Part shown: positions 51,325 to 62,871 of the stretch, piece after piece
How positions within the stretch are numbered: the first letter of the stretch is position 1
How the letters are laid out: each line of letters opens with the position of its first letter
From: an uncultured Gemmatimonadales bacterium
GTDB taxonomy: Bacteria; Gemmatimonadota; Gemmatimonadetes; Gemmatimonadales; GWC2-71-9
NCBI GenBank assembly: GCA_963844035.1
Contig: CAWJMT010000035.1
Location: forward strand, 128,001 to 192,000
Direction: 5' to 3'
Length of the DNA: 64,000 bases
Translations under genes and position numbers: made by a program
Notes under the pieces: model-generated
What the model was told of the DNA's origin: nothing
Database searches by the model: none
What the model saw: only the letters and a program-made list of their open reading frames with translations

Positions 51325-52815
51325 ATGACTGCGACCTTCAAGAACTTCATTGCCGGCGAGTGGGTCGAGGCGTCTTCGGCTGAGTTCTTCGAGAATCGCA
51401 ACCCCGCCGACTGGAACGACCTCGTCGGCCGCTTTCCCAAATCCGGGTCTGAAGACGTCCGACGTGCGGTCGCGTCGGCGCAGCGGGGCTTTGCGCAGTG
51501 GTCGCGCACCCCGGCTCCTGTGCGGGGTCAGGTGTTGCAGCGGGTGGGTGACCTGTTGGTCGAACGGAAGGCGGCGCTCGCGCGGGTCATGACGCGCGAG
51601 ATGGGGAAGGTGTTGCTCGAGGCGGGAGGGGACGTCCAGGAGGGGATCGACACTGCCTACTACGCGCACACCGAAGGGCGACGGCTGTTTGGCCGCACGG
51701 TCCCCTCCGAGCTGCGCAACAAGTGGGCGATGACCTACCGGCGGCCGATCGGCATCGCCGGCGTGATTACCCCGTTCAACTTCCCGCTTGCGGTGCCGAC
51801 CTGGAAAATCCTGCCCGCGCTGCTGTGCGGCAACGCCGTGATCTGGAAACCGTCCGAGGATGTGCCCCATACCGCCGCCCTGGTCGTCGAGCTGCTGCTC
51901 GAGGCGGGCCTGCCCCCGGAGGTGATCCAGCTGGTCCATGGGCTCGGCGAGGAGGCGGGGAAGGCCCTGGTCGTGCACCCGGGCGTCCCGGTGATCTCCT
52001 TTACCGGCTCGACCGCCACCGGCGCCCTGATCGGCGCGACCTGCGGACGGATGCACAAGCGCCTGTCGCTCGAGATGGGCGGCAAGAACGCCACCATCGT
52101 CATGGATGATGCCGACCTGGACCTGGCGCTCGAGGGGGTGCTGTGGGGGGCGTTTGGCACGACCGGCCAGCGCTGTACCGCCACCAGCCGGCTCATCGTT
52201 CACGAGCGCGTGCACGATCGCTTCCTCACCATGGTGTGTGACCGTGCCGCGCGCCTGCGGCTCGGTCCGGGACTGGACGAAGCGACCGAGGTCGGGCCGC
52301 TGATCCACGAGGCGTCGCGGCGCAAAGTCGCGTCCTACGTCACCCTGGCGAAGCAGGAGGGGGCGGCGGTAGTGACGGGCGGCAAGGCGCCCACCGCGGC
52401 GGCCCTCCAGGGGGGCTGGTTCTACGAACCCACCGTCCTGGCCGGGGTGACGCCGGGGATGCGGGTCGCGCAGGAGGAGATCTTCGGGCCCGTCCTGGCC
52501 GTCCTCAAGGTTGGCTCGCTCGACGAGGCGATACAGGTCAACAATGGCGTCCCGTATGGCCTTTCGAGTGCCCTCTACACGCGCGACGTCAACGCCGCGT
52601 TCAAGGCGATGCTCGAGCTCGACACCGGCATCACCTACGTCAACGCGCCGACGATCGGGGCGGAAGCCCACCTCCCGTTCGGCGGGATCAAACAGACCGG
52701 CAACGGCCATCGCGAAGGCGGTTGGGAAGTCTACGACTTCTACTCGGAAACCAAGGTCGTATACGTGGACTTTTCCGGGAAGCTGCAGCGGGCGCAGATC
52801 GACGTCGACGGCTGA
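51325..52815 (+). CDS. aldehyde dehydrogenase
   Basis: ITPFNFP, FTGS, LEMGGKN, GQRCTA, EEIFGPV. Confidence 0.95.
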   Translation: MTATFKNFIAGEWVEASSAEFFENRNPADWNDLVGRFPKSGSEDVRRAVASAQRGFAQWSRTPAPVRGQVLQRVGDLLVERKAALARVMTREMGKVLLEAGGDVQEGIDTAYYAHTEGRRLFGRTVPSELRNKWAMTYRRPIGIAGVITPFNFPLAVPTWKILPALLCGNAVIWKPSEDVPHTAALVVELLLEAGLPPEVIQLVHGLGEEAGKALVVHPGVPVISFTGSTATGALIGATCGRMHKRLSLEMGGKNATIVMDDADLDLALEGVLWGAFGTTGQRCTATSRLIVHERVHDRFLTMVCDRAARLRLGPGLDEATEVGPLIHEASRRKVASYVTLAKQEGAAVVTGGKAPTAAALQGGWFYEPTVLAGVTPGMRVAQEEIFGPVLAVLKVGSLDEAIQVNNGVPYGLSSALYTRDVNAAFKAMLELDTGITYVNAPTIGAEAHLPFGGIKQTGNGHREGGWEVYDFYSETKVVYVDFSGKLQRAQIDVDG

Positions 52816-52884
52816 ACGTTTTCCCCCTCTCCTCCTCCCTCCCCGACAGGGGTGCGCGGATTCAATCCGCCTCGCAACAAGACG

Positions 52885-53169
52885 ATGATGGTGACGCAGG
52901 ACACCAACGCGATCGTGTGCGACGTGGATCACGAATCGTTAGTGATCATCCTCGCGAGTGGCGGGTCGCCGCTCGATGACAGCGCGCTGGCCGAGGTGCC
53001 GGGCGCCGTGGTTCGTTGGCAGCGGGTGGAGCGCGAGGGATCGGCGGCATGCGTCGCGGCGCGCGTCCTCCATGAAGACCCGCCCGAAGAATTCCGACGG
53101 CGATTTCGGGAATGGGGACGGGTCCGCGGATGGGCGGTGACCGTTGCGCGCTCACAACACCTTAGTTAG
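52885..53169 (+). CDS. hypothetical protein
   Basis: ORF filling the gap between co-oriented genes. Confidence 0.45.
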   Translation: MMVTQDTNAIVCDVDHESLVIILASGGSPLDDSALAEVPGAVVRWQRVEREGSAACVAARVLHEDPPEEFRRRFREWGRVRGWAVTVARSQHLS

Positions 53170-53221
53170 TGTACGAGGCATGCATGACCTGGGGGCCCCG
53201 GGAACGACCTCTGGCGCAAGC

Positions 53222-53950
53222 ATGGCGCCGGTGGATCGTCGCCCCCCTGAACAACGCCGCTCGACGTTCGCTCGCTGGTTCGACAGTTGGATGCGTTCGC
53301 TCGGCATGGCGTTGGTGCTCTTCCTGGTCATCCGCACTTTCCTCGTCGAAGCGTTTCAAATCCCCTCAGGCAGCATGGAGCGAACACTGCTCGCCGGGGA
53401 TTTCCTGTTCGTCAACAAGGCTGTGTACGGCGCGCAGATACCGGGTACGCATGCACGGCTACCGGCGTTCGTCGAGCCCAGCCGCGGTGACGTGATCGTG
53501 TTTGCCTACCCGAAGAATCCGCTGCTGAACTACGTCAAGCGGGTGATCGGCCTGGGGGGAGACACCGTCGAGATGCGCGGCGGGCAGATGCGGGTCAATG
53601 GCCGGCGGCTGGTGGAGCCGTACGTCCAGCGGGTGGACCCGGCTCGCGACATCGCGGACCCCGAGTTCAGTTGGCAGCAGGAGTACACGGTGGCCGCGCC
53701 CAACGGCACGCGTCGCGTTCATCCCACGCGGGATAACTGGGGGCCGCTCGTCGTCCCCCGAGGCAAGTTTTTCGTTTTAGGGGACAACCGCGACAATTCA
53801 GCCGATTCACGCTACTGGGGCTTTGTTGATGCGGGGGCCGTCAAGGGACGGCCGATGGTGGTGTATTTCAGCTACGACCGGGAGGCGCGCGATGCGCTGC
53901 CCTGGCTGACCGATATTCGCTGGAACCGGCTCGGCTCCATCGTACACTAG
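53222..53950 (+). CDS. lepB: signal peptidase I
   Basis: IPSGSME, YVKRVIG, GDNRDNSADSR. Confidence 0.93.
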   Translation: MAPVDRRPPEQRRSTFARWFDSWMRSLGMALVLFLVIRTFLVEAFQIPSGSMERTLLAGDFLFVNKAVYGAQIPGTHARLPAFVEPSRGDVIVFAYPKNPLLNYVKRVIGLGGDTVEMRGGQMRVNGRRLVEPYVQRVDPARDIADPEFSWQQEYTVAAPNGTRRVHPTRDNWGPLVVPRGKFFVLGDNRDNSADSRYWGFVDAGAVKGRPMVVYFSYDREARDALPWLTDIRWNRLGSIVH

Positions 53951-54048
53951 GGGCCGGTCAGTATGATACCGCAGTCGCGCCCCGCCGTCGGCGCGACAGG
54001 CGGCCGAATTCGATACGGCGCCATGCCTTGGGGAGGGAAGACAACGCC

Positions 54049-54906
54049 ATGCAACTGAATACGGCGAAACGCTCCTCGTACGACGAAGGGTCACTAGACC
54101 AATACCTGCGCGAGATCAGCCAGTACCCGCTGATCCCCCGTGCGGAAGAGGTCAGGCTCGCCCAGTGCATCAAGAAGGGCGACCCGGAGGCACTCGACAA
54201 GCTCGTGCGCTCCAACCTCCGGTTCGTCGTGTCCGTTGCCAAGAAGTATCAGAACCAGGGGGTCTCGCTCTCGGATCTGATCAACGAAGGCAACCTCGGC
54301 TTGATCCGCGCGGCCCACAAATTCGACGAAACCAAGGGCATCAAGTTCATCTCATACGCGGTGTGGTGGATCCGCCAGGCCATTCTGCAGGCGCTGGCCG
54401 AGCAGTCACGCATCGTACGCGTGCCGTTGAACCGGGCGGGCACCTTGCACCGGATCGGCAAACGTTCGGCCTCGCTCCTCCAGGAGCTGGGCCGCGAGCC
54501 TACGGTGGAGGAGATAGCGGAGGGGATGGACATCACGCAGGAGGAGGTGGCGAAAACGCTATCGATCTCCCAAGCGCACCTCTCGCTCGACGCACCGCTC
54601 ACCCCCGGCGAAGACAACAAGCTTCTCGACTACCTCCCCGACACGCAGAACCCTGGCCCCGACGACGAGATCTTCGAGCACGCGCTCACCGAGTCGGTCG
54701 AGGGGGTGCTGGCAACGCTGAAGGACCGGGAGGCGAAGATCCTGCGCCTGTACTTTGGACTCGAGGGGCAGGAGCCGATGACGCTGGAGGAGATCGGGTC
54801 GCTGCTCGGCATCACGCGCGAGCGCGTGCGACAGATCAAAGAAAAGGCCCTCGCCCGCCTGCGGCACGTCTCGCGCGCCCGGGCGCTGGAGAGCTTCCTC
54901 TTCTAG
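54049..54906 (+). CDS. RpoD/SigA-family sigma factor lacking region 1.1
   Basis: LDQYLREI, NLRFVVSVAKKY, FISYAVWWIRQ, TRERVRQI. Confidence 0.93.
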   Translation: MQLNTAKRSSYDEGSLDQYLREISQYPLIPRAEEVRLAQCIKKGDPEALDKLVRSNLRFVVSVAKKYQNQGVSLSDLINEGNLGLIRAAHKFDETKGIKFISYAVWWIRQAILQALAEQSRIVRVPLNRAGTLHRIGKRSASLLQELGREPTVEEIAEGMDITQEEVAKTLSISQAHLSLDAPLTPGEDNKLLDYLPDTQNPGPDDEIFEHALTESVEGVLATLKDREAKILRLYFGLEGQEPMTLEEIGSLLGITRERVRQIKEKALARLRHVSRARALESFLF

Positions 54907-54983
54907 AGGGCACACCCTGCGCGGTACCTGGTGCGTAGGCGCTCACTACGCACCATGGACGGGGCACCTCTATATTCCCCTCC

Positions 54984-55487
54984 ATGGCCTCTCTCTCTTC
55001 GTTCGACATCTCGACCGGCGCCGATCTCCAGGAAGTCGATAACGCCGTTAACCAGGCGGGCAAGGAAGTAGCGCAGCGCTACGACTTCAAAGGGTCGAAG
55101 TGCTCCATCACGTTCGACCGTGCCAAGGTGACCCTGACTCTGGTGGCGGATGACGATTTCAAGATGAAGGCGCTGTTCGACGTCTTACAGTCCAAGCTCA
55201 TCAAACGCGGTGTGCCGGTGAAAAACCTCGAGATCGGAGCGGTCATCCCCGCCGCCGGAGACACCGTCCGTCAGGAGCTGAAGCTGACCCAGGGTATCCC
55301 GCAGGAGAAGGCGAAAGCGATCGTCAAGGCGATCAAGGACAAGAAGTTCAAGAAGGCCCAGGCGTCCATCACGGGAGAAGAGATCCGCGTTCAATCGGCG
55401 TCGAAGGACGAGCTGCAGGAGGTGATGGCATTCCTGCGCGGCCAGGACTTCGGGCTGGAGCTGAAGTTCGGGAACTATCGCGGATGA
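54984..55487 (+). CDS. yajQ: YajQ-family nucleotide-binding protein
   Basis: SFDIS, EVDNAVNQ, RYDFKG, FGNYR. Confidence 0.93.
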   Translation: MASLSSFDISTGADLQEVDNAVNQAGKEVAQRYDFKGSKCSITFDRAKVTLTLVADDDFKMKALFDVLQSKLIKRGVPVKNLEIGAVIPAAGDTVRQELKLTQGIPQEKAKAIVKAIKDKKFKKAQASITGEEIRVQSASKDELQEVMAFLRGQDFGLELKFGNYRG

Positions 55488-56798
55488 AGCTCGGGGTCAT
55501 TTCGCTCGGGTGCGACAAGGCGACGGTCGACTCTGAGCGGCTCGTGGGCGACCTCGTGGGTCACGGCGCCGTCGTCACGCAGGACCTTCCGAACGCCGAC
55601 GTCATCCTCATCAACACCTGCGGGTTCATCGACGCCGCGAAGCAGGAATCGATCGATGCGATTCTGCGCGCGGCGCAGCTCAAGACGGGGCGGGGTGAAG
55701 GCCGTCGTCGCTGCGGGCTGCCTGGTCCAGCGGTACAAGCAGGAGCTGCAGGCGGAAATGCCCGAGGTCGATCTGTTCCTCGGGTTCTCGGACCTGCACC
55801 ACCTCGTTCCCGAGCTGAGCCGCCGTGGTCTCATCGAGGATCCGGTCGCGGGGCATCCCGGGATGCGCCAGTTCCTGGGGGATGCGCCGCACGTCCGCTA
55901 CCTCAAGATCTCGGAAGGGTGCGACCATACCTGCGCCTTCTGCGCCATCCCCCTCATGCGGGGTAAGCATCGCACCGAGCCGCTCGAACGGCTGGTGCGC
56001 GAAGCGCAACAGCTCGAAGCGCAGGGCGCCCAGGAGATCAATCTCGTGGCGCAGGACCTGGGGCACTACGGACGGGATCTCGGTCGCACCGGTCCGACGC
56101 TGCCCGATCTGCTGGAGGCCCTGCTGCGCGAAACGTCGGTGCCGTGGTTCCGCTTGCTGTACGTCTACTCCGCGGGATTGAGCGAGCGGCTCGTGGACCT
56201 GGTCGCGCGTGAGCCCCGGATCGTGCCGTACATCGACATGCCGATCCAACATGCCAATGACCGCATGCTCGAGCGGATGCGCCGCCCCGAGCGCCAGGAC
56301 ACGCTGCGGCGCAAACTCGCCTGGCTGCGCGAGTCGATCCCCACCCTCGCGCTTCGCACCACGTGCCTGGTGGGCTTTCCTGGTGAGACGGACGACGAAT
56401 TCCGTGAGCTGCTGCGGTTTCTCGAGGAGGCGCAGTTCGAGCGCCTGGGTGCGTTCTCCTACAGTCCCCAGGACGGGACCCGGGCGATGGCGTTCCCTGA
56501 CGACGTGCCGGACGAGGTCAAGCGCGATCGGCTGGAGGAGTTGCTCGAGGTGCAGCGTGCCATCTCTGCCGAGCGGTTGACCCGCTTCGTGGGGAGCGAG
56601 GCGCAGGTGCTCGTGGACCGCGTCGCCGATCCCGACGACGGCCAGGCGACCCACGTAGGGCGTGTCCCCTGGCAGGCGGACGACGTGGACGGGGTCACCT
56701 ACGTCACGACCGGCGGTTGGGCGGTGCCGGGGCAGTTCGTCCGCGTCCGCGTGACGGCGAGCGAGGACTACGATTTTCGGGCGGTCGCGTTGACGTGA
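55484..56798 (+). CDS. rimO: S12 methylthiotransferase RimO (frameshift ~55690)
   Basis: [34 protein letters not shown] domain. Confidence 0.92.
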
Positions 56799-58081
56799 CG
56801 CGCTCGGCCGAGCTGTTCGAGCGGGCGAAAGGGGTGCTACCGGGCGGGGTGAATTCCCCGGTGCGGGCGTTCCGCGCCGTGGGGGGCACCCCGTTTTTCG
56901 TGGCGCGCGCCGCGGGCGCGCGGCTTACCGACGTCGACGGCCGCGACTACATCGACTATGTGGGGTCGTGGGGCCCCCTGCTGCTCGGCCACGCCCACCC
57001 CGACGTCGCCGCGGCTATCAGAGCGGCAGTCGAGCGCGGCTGGTCGTACGGAGCGCCGTGCGAGGCGGAGGTAGACCTCGCCGAGCTGGTGCGGCAACGC
57101 ATGTCCTCGATCGAGATGGTTCGCTTCGTCAACAGCGGCACCGAGGCGACGATGGCGGCCGTCCGTCTCGCCCGGGCCGCCACCAAGCGGGATGTCATCC
57201 TCAAGTTCGAAGGCTGCTATCACGGCCACGCCGACGCCTTTCTGGTGAAGGCCGGGAGTGGTGTGGCGACGCTCGGCCTCCCCGATAGCCCAGGGGTCCC
57301 GGCCGCACTGGCCGCCCTGACGGTGACGGTCCCATTCAATGATCCCGGGGCGGTGAGCGACGTGTTCCGGCAGCGCGGCCGTGAGATCGCGGCGGTGATC
57401 GTGGAGCCGTACGTGGGCAACGCCGGCTTCATTCCGCCCGATCCTGCGTTTCACCCCCTGCTGCGGTCGCTGTGCGACGGCGCCGGAGCGCTGTTGATCT
57501 TCGACGAGGTCATGACCGGGTTCCGGGTCGCCTCAGGTGGCGCCCAGCAGCGCCTGGGGGTGCGCCCGGACCTGACCACGCTCGGCAAGATCATCGGGGG
57601 CGGGATGCCGGTCGGTGCGTACGGCGGACGCGCCGACCTGATGCGGATGATCGCTCCCGAAGGACCGGTGTATCAGGCGGGGACGCTGTCGGGGAACCCG
57701 GTCGCGATGGCGGCCGGCCTGGCGACCCTGCGCGCCGCCGGGGCACCTGGCTTCTACGAAGCGCTGGAGCGCACTACGGCGCGCCTGGTGACGGGCCTCG
57801 GGGAGGCCGCCCGGCGTCATGGGGTGCCGCTGACCGCGGGACACGCTGGATCGATGTGGGGCATGTATCTCACGGGAGGTCCGGTGCGCGATTTCGCTCA
57901 GGCGAAGCGGTCTGACGTGGCGCTGTTCGCTCGCTGGCACCGGGCCGCGCTGGCGCGCGGCATCTTCCTCGCGCCCTCGGCGTTCGAAGCGGGGTTTGTA
58001 TCGAGCGCTCACACCGATGCGGATATTGCCGAGACCATCACCCAACTTGATGCAGCGCTGGCCGAGGCTCTGGCTCGGTAG
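56795..58081 (+). CDS. hemL: glutamate-1-semialdehyde 2,1-aminomutase
   Basis: [37 protein letters not shown]. Confidence 0.95.
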   Translation: MTRSAELFERAKGVLPGGVNSPVRAFRAVGGTPFFVARAAGARLTDVDGRDYIDYVGSWGPLLLGHAHPDVAAAIRAAVERGWSYGAPCEAEVDLAELVRQRMSSIEMVRFVNSGTEATMAAVRLARAATKRDVILKFEGCYHGHADAFLVKAGSGVATLGLPDSPGVPAALAALTVTVPFNDPGAVSDVFRQRGREIAAVIVEPYVGNAGFIPPDPAFHPLLRSLCDGAGALLIFDEVMTGFRVASGGAQQRLGVRPDLTTLGKIIGGGMPVGAYGGRADLMRMIAPEGPVYQAGTLSGNPVAMAAGLATLRAAGAPGFYEALERTTARLVTGLGEAARRHGVPLTAGHAGSMWGMYLTGGPVRDFAQAKRSDVALFARWHRAALARGIFLAPSAFEAGFVSSAHTDADIAETITQLDAALAEALAR

Positions 58082-59294
58082 CGTGTGCGCCGCGGTCGCG
58101 GCGAGCTGCGCGCGACCCAGCAGTGTCCCGCCCCTCAGCACCGAGCCGGAGCTGCGCATCGGCGTTGCGGAAAACCGGCCGAGCGTGGCGCTCGGCGGTG
58201 ACGGCGAGCTCATCCTCACAGACGATGCCACCGGCCAGCCCATCGGCTCAATTCCGGCGGGGGTCCGCTGGAACGTTGTCCCCTACCTGGGTGGCATCCG
58301 CCTGGTTCGCCCCGATGGAGTCCGGAGCGATCTCTATCCCGGCGTCTTCGCCGTCAACGTCACCGAGGGACGGTTTGCCATGGCGGACGGCCGCGCGTAT
58401 CGCGGGCGGCTGAACGTCGTGCGGGGCATCAGCGGCGTGCTGGTCGTCAACCGGGTGTCGCTCGAGAGCTACGTGGCGGGTACGATCGGCGCCGAGATGG
58501 GCGCGCGCCGTCCCGAAGAGCTCGCCGCGTTGCGGGCCCAAGCGGTGGTGACGCGGACGTTTGCGGTCAAGAATCGGGGTCGCTGGGAGGCGGCCGGGCT
58601 CGATGCCTTTGCCGACGTGCGCGACCAGGTCTACGGCGGCATCGCGAGCGAGAGCCCGCAGGTCTGGGACGCAGTACGTGCGACGGCAGGGCAGGTGCTC
58701 GTATATCAGGGCCTGCCGATTGACGCGTTCTTTTCTTCTACATGCGGCGGCTCGACCGCGGGCGTCGAAGAGGTGTTCTCCACGGCGAAGTCGCGCCCCT
58801 ATCTCCGTCCGGTATCGGACGCGAGCAAAGGTGGGAAGCACTACTGCGACATCTCGCCGCGATTTCGCTGGCGTGAGGAGTGGGATGCGTCCACGCTGCG
58901 CGCTATATTGTCGCGAACGCTCCCGGTGGTGATGAACGTTGATGGTGACGGGTTGCAGGCCATCACGGACGTCGCAGTCACCCGCACTACCCGGTCCGGT
59001 CGCGTCGGGGAGCTGCGGATCGTGTTTGAGCGCGGTGATGTGCGTGTGCCGGGACCCAATGTTCGCAGAGTCCTCCGGCCGGCGAACGGGCGGCTGCTCG
59101 GGAGCCAGACGTTCGATTTGCACGTGTCACAGGAGGGCGGGCGCGTGAGCCGCCTCGTCGCGACGGGCGCGGGATCGGGCCACGGCGTGGGATTCTGCCA
59201 GTGGGGTGCCGTGGGGCGCGCGCGCGCCGGGCAGGACTATCGCACGATTCTGGCTACGTACTTCCCGGGGACCCGCGTTGAAAAACTCTACTAG
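58050..59294 (+). CDS. SpoIID/LytB-domain protein
   Basis: [37 protein letters not shown]. Confidence 0.9.
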   Translation: MQRWPRLWLGSVCAAVAASCARPSSVPPLSTEPELRIGVAENRPSVALGGDGELILTDDATGQPIGSIPAGVRWNVVPYLGGIRLVRPDGVRSDLYPGVFAVNVTEGRFAMADGRAYRGRLNVVRGISGVLVVNRVSLESYVAGTIGAEMGARRPEELAALRAQAVVTRTFAVKNRGRWEAAGLDAFADVRDQVYGGIASESPQVWDAVRATAGQVLVYQGLPIDAFFSSTCGGSTAGVEEVFSTAKSRPYLRPVSDASKGGKHYCDISPRFRWREEWDASTLRAILSRTLPVVMNVDGDGLQAITDVAVTRTTRSGRVGELRIVFERGDVRVPGPNVRRVLRPANGRLLGSQTFDLHVSQEGGRVSRLVATGAGSGHGVGFCQWGAVGRARAGQDYRTILATYFPGTRVEKLY

Positions 59295-59955
59295 GGCGGT
59301 CAGGCGGACAGGCGGTCAGGCGGTCGGCCTCCTCCTGTTGACGCTGATCGCCCGGCCGCCCGAACGCCTGTCCGCCCAATTCGAGCAATTTTCTTCCGAG
59401 AACCTTCGGCTCACGGCAGTCGGCCTCGACTTGGGCGTCATTTCGGGCACCAATGTCAAAGGGACCGGGACCGTTGCAATACGGTTCGACCTCGGCAAGG
59501 TATCGCCCCGGGTGCGCGTGATGACCGGGCTCGCGTATTCCCGGCCCAGTGTGAGCAGCACCGCGCTCCATCGCTTCGAGGATCGGCTGCAGAGCGTGGT
59601 GATCGATCCGAGCGGCGACGATACCGTTCACCTCGGCGAAATCCTCTGGGGCGATCTTGTAGCAGACCTCGATCTCCAATACTTGCTGCCGCAGGGACGC
59701 GCCGTGTTGGCCTATACGGGCCTGGGCCTGAGCGTGCACGCCCGCAACGGCACCGGGACGGTGATCAGCGGCACGTTTGTCGAGGACGCGCTCGACGGCA
59801 TCACGGCCGGTCTCAACGCGACGCTGGGACTCGAAATCGGGGCCAAGCGCTGGCGCCTGGCGATTGAAGGTCGCGGTGTGCTCGCCAGCGGGCTCTCCAC
59901 CCTCGGCGCGACCATGGGGGTACGGTATCGATGGGCGAAAGGGAAAGCACCGTGA
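59206..59955 (+). CDS. hypothetical outer-membrane barrel protein (true start probably further downstream)
   Basis: Amphipathic strands, C-terminal GVRYRW. Confidence 0.55.
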   Translation: MPWGARAPGRTIARFWLRTSRGPALKNSTRAVRRTGGQAVGLLLLTLIARPPERLSAQFEQFSSENLRLTAVGLDLGVISGTNVKGTGTVAIRFDLGKVSPRVRVMTGLAYSRPSVSSTALHRFEDRLQSVVIDPSGDDTVHLGEILWGDLVADLDLQYLLPQGRAVLAYTGLGLSVHARNGTGTVISGTFVEDALDGITAGLNATLGLEIGAKRWRLAIEGRGVLASGLSTLGATMGVRYRWAKGKAP

Positions 59956-60959
59956 GTGCCTCAGTGAAAGTAGCGGTCGTCGGCGCCGGCGCGGTCGCGC
60001 AATCGGCCCACCTCCCGGCGCTGCGGCGGCTCCCCGGTGTCGACATCGCGGGCATCTGCGACAGCGATCTCGCCAAGGCGCAGGCGCTCGCGGCCCGCTT
60101 TGCCGTCGCGGACGCCTACGACGACATCGAGGAGATCCTGCGCTATGCCAACGCCGATGTGGCGGTCGTGTGCACGCCGAATCACTTGCACGAGATTCAC
60201 ATTCTGGCGGCGTTGTCGGCCGGGCTGCACGTGTTGTGCGAGCCGCCGCTCGCGTTGACGATTCCCGGGATGGAACGCGTCCTCAAGGCGAGCGAGCGCT
60301 ATGGCAAGCGGGTGATGGCGGGCATGAACCATCGGTTCCGCTCCGACGTCCAGGCGGTGCGGGGGTTCATGTCCGGCGGCGAGCTGGGGACGACGCAGGC
60401 GGTTCGAACCGGGTGGCACACGTTCCAACCGTCGCACCAGCTCCCCGGATGGCGCCTGCGCCGGCAGGAGGCGGGCGGCGGGGTCCTGCTCGATCTCGGT
60501 CTCCCGCTGCTCGACCTCGGTCTGTGGTTGTCGGGGTGGCCCGAGCCCAAGCGGGTCTCGGCGCACGTCGTGCGGCAAAATCCCGACGGGGTCGAGGAGC
60601 TGGGGTCCGTCATCGTCGTGTGCGAATCCGGGCTGTTCCTGGCGGTCGACGTGAGCTGGCGGCATCTCGCCGACGGCGAGCGCTTCTGGTTCGACTTGCT
60701 CGGCACCAAAGGCTCCGCCGGGATCCAGCCGTTGCGGATCGTGAAGGACGTGAAGGGCATCCCGACCGACGTCACCCCCACAGGCGCGACCGGGCGCGAG
60801 ACCCAATTCGCCCAGTCCTACCGCGCCGAATGGACCTACTTCCTGGCCGCCCTCAAGGGCGACGTCCAGGCGGCACCGCCCAAGCATCAGCTCCTGCTCC
60901 AGCGCATCATCGAGGCGGCCTATCGTTCTGCTGACGAAGGACGCGACGTGCTGCTATGA
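59952..60959 (+). CDS. Gfo/Idh/MocA oxidoreductase
   Basis: VVGAGAVA, CTPNHLH, HVLCEPP, GGGVLLDLG. Confidence 0.9.
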   Translation: MSASVKVAVVGAGAVAQSAHLPALRRLPGVDIAGICDSDLAKAQALAARFAVADAYDDIEEILRYANADVAVVCTPNHLHEIHILAALSAGLHVLCEPPLALTIPGMERVLKASERYGKRVMAGMNHRFRSDVQAVRGFMSGGELGTTQAVRTGWHTFQPSHQLPGWRLRRQEAGGGVLLDLGLPLLDLGLWLSGWPEPKRVSAHVVRQNPDGVEELGSVIVVCESGLFLAVDVSWRHLADGERFWFDLLGTKGSAGIQPLRIVKDVKGIPTDVTPTGATGRETQFAQSYRAEWTYFLAALKGDVQAAPPKHQLLLQRIIEAAYRSADEGRDVLL

Positions 60960-62482
60960 TGGGCCCTCCCCGCCGCGCGATCGGTCCGATCGCGCTGGGC
61001 GCGGTCGCGTTGGCCGCGAGCTACCCGCCGTTCAACCTGCCGTTCTTGAGTTTCGTGGCGCTCGCCCCGGCGGTGCTGCTCATCCGCCAGGCCGTGCGCG
61101 AAGAAGATGTGGCGGGGGCGTTCCGCGTGGGCTTCTGGTACGGCCTCGCGGCGCAGGCCCTGGTGCTCAACTGGATGATCGTCGCACTCTGGCATTTCAC
61201 CCCGCTGGCCGCGCTCGGCTACTTCGCCACGATCACGCTGGAGGCACTCTGGAGCGGCGTGCTCTTCTGGCTCGTCGTGCGCGTGCGTCTCCGCCTCCCG
61301 GCCGTGCCCCTCGCCGTCGTCTTCCCAATGGCGTGGACGGCGGTCGAGTGGGCGATCGGCCATCAGGGCGACATCCGGTTTCCGTGGCTCGGACTCGGGA
61401 CGTCGCTGACCGACGCGTCGGTCCTGGTCCAGTGGGCCGACATCGCGGGAGCCCGCGGGGTGACGCTCTGGCTGGCCTGGTGCAACGTCTTGCTGGTGGA
61501 TGGCCTGATGCCGGTCGTGGGGGCGCGCCGCGCCGTGCTGCGCCGTCTGGGGCCGGTCGCCCTGAGCGTGGCCCTGGCGTTGGGGTATGGCCTGTGGCGC
61601 GAGCGCACGCTTCCCACCCGGGACGTGCTCGCCGTCGGTCTCGTGCAGCCCAACGAGGGATTTTGGGACAAGTGGGACCCGGCGCACGAGGACAGCGTTG
61701 TGACCAAGCTCGTCACCCTGACGCGCCAGGTTGGGGAGCAGGCGCCGCTCGACCTGGTGCTCTGGCCGGAAGCTGCGATCCCGGGGTATTTCGTCAATCA
61801 CCCCAGGTGGGACCTGGCGATTTCGCGTGCGGCGCGCGAGCACCGTCTCCCGATTCTCACTGGCGGCTTGGACTTCGAGTTCCACGACCAGCCGCCATCG
61901 TCATACTACAACGCCGCGTTCTTCTACGATTCCACGGGGGCCCGCAGTCCTTCCGTGTACCGCAAACAGTATCTCGTCCCTGTCGTCGAACGGGTGCCGT
62001 TCATTCCCCCGAAGTGGATCCGCCTGAAATGGTTCGGAGGATTCGGCCGAGGCGAGTACCTGCCGGTCTTTGGGAGCTCCGGCGCCCGGTTCGGCGTGTT
62101 GATCTGCTATGAATCAGCGTTCGAAGACCTCCCGCGCTCCTACCGGCGGCTCGGGGCTGATTTTCTGGTCAACATCACGAACGACGCCTGGTTCGGGCGT
62201 ACCAGCGCGCCCTACCAGCACGAATCGATGCTCCGGATGCGGGCGATCGAGGTACGGATGGGAGTCGCGCGCGCCGCCAACTCCGGGATATCGGAGTTCA
62301 TCGACCCGCTAGGGACTCCGTCCAACGCCACGAAGCTCGGGACCGAGGCGGTCGTCGCCGGTCGGGTCCGGACCAGCGATGTGACGACGCTCTACGCGCG
62401 GCTGGGGGATTGGGTTGGTCTCATGTCGGTGCTCACGACCCTCGGCCTCGCGGGTTTCTTGGTGCGCCGGGGCCGCTCGTGA
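60956..62482 (+). CDS. lnt: apolipoprotein N-acyltransferase
   Basis: FPW, VQPN, WPEAA, ICYE, NITNDAWFG, RAANSGIS. Confidence 0.93.
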   Translation: MMGPPRRAIGPIALGAVALAASYPPFNLPFLSFVALAPAVLLIRQAVREEDVAGAFRVGFWYGLAAQALVLNWMIVALWHFTPLAALGYFATITLEALWSGVLFWLVVRVRLRLPAVPLAVVFPMAWTAVEWAIGHQGDIRFPWLGLGTSLTDASVLVQWADIAGARGVTLWLAWCNVLLVDGLMPVVGARRAVLRRLGPVALSVALALGYGLWRERTLPTRDVLAVGLVQPNEGFWDKWDPAHEDSVVTKLVTLTRQVGEQAPLDLVLWPEAAIPGYFVNHPRWDLAISRAAREHRLPILTGGLDFEFHDQPPSSYYNAAFFYDSTGARSPSVYRKQYLVPVVERVPFIPPKWIRLKWFGGFGRGEYLPVFGSSGARFGVLICYESAFEDLPRSYRRLGADFLVNITNDAWFGRTSAPYQHESMLRMRAIEVRMGVARAANSGISEFIDPLGTPSNATKLGTEAVVAGRVRTSDVTTLYARLGDWVGLMSVLTTLGLAGFLVRRGRS

Positions 62483-62509
62483 TTCCGGACTCAACATGGA
62501 GGTGATGCG

Positions 62510-62868
62510 ATGACGTGGGTTCTGGTCAGTGCGATCGGCGTGGTCGCGGGCGTGGCCTCGGGCTGTTCGGCGTCGGTGGGGCAATCGTGATCGTCCCGGC
62601 GCTCGTCCTGCTCCTGAAGACGACCCAGCATGCCGCGAATGGCACCTCGTTGGCCGCGATGTTGTTGCCGGTCGGTTTCCTTGGCGTCATGGAGTACTAC
62701 CGCCGCGGCGAGGTGAACGTCCACTACGCGATCGTGATCGCGCTCGGGCTGTTTGTGGGGTGCTGATTGGAGCAAAGACTCGCCGGTAGGTGTCGGATCT
62801 GCCTGCTCCGTCGGGTGTTCGGCGGCTTCTTGCTGGTGGTGTCGATGCGGTTGCTCCTGAGTCGGTGA
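62510..62868 (+). CDS. TauE/SafE-family membrane protein (frameshifts)
   Basis: GLFGVGGAIVIVPAL, ANGTSLAAMLLPVG. Confidence 0.8.
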
Positions 62869-62871
62869 CGC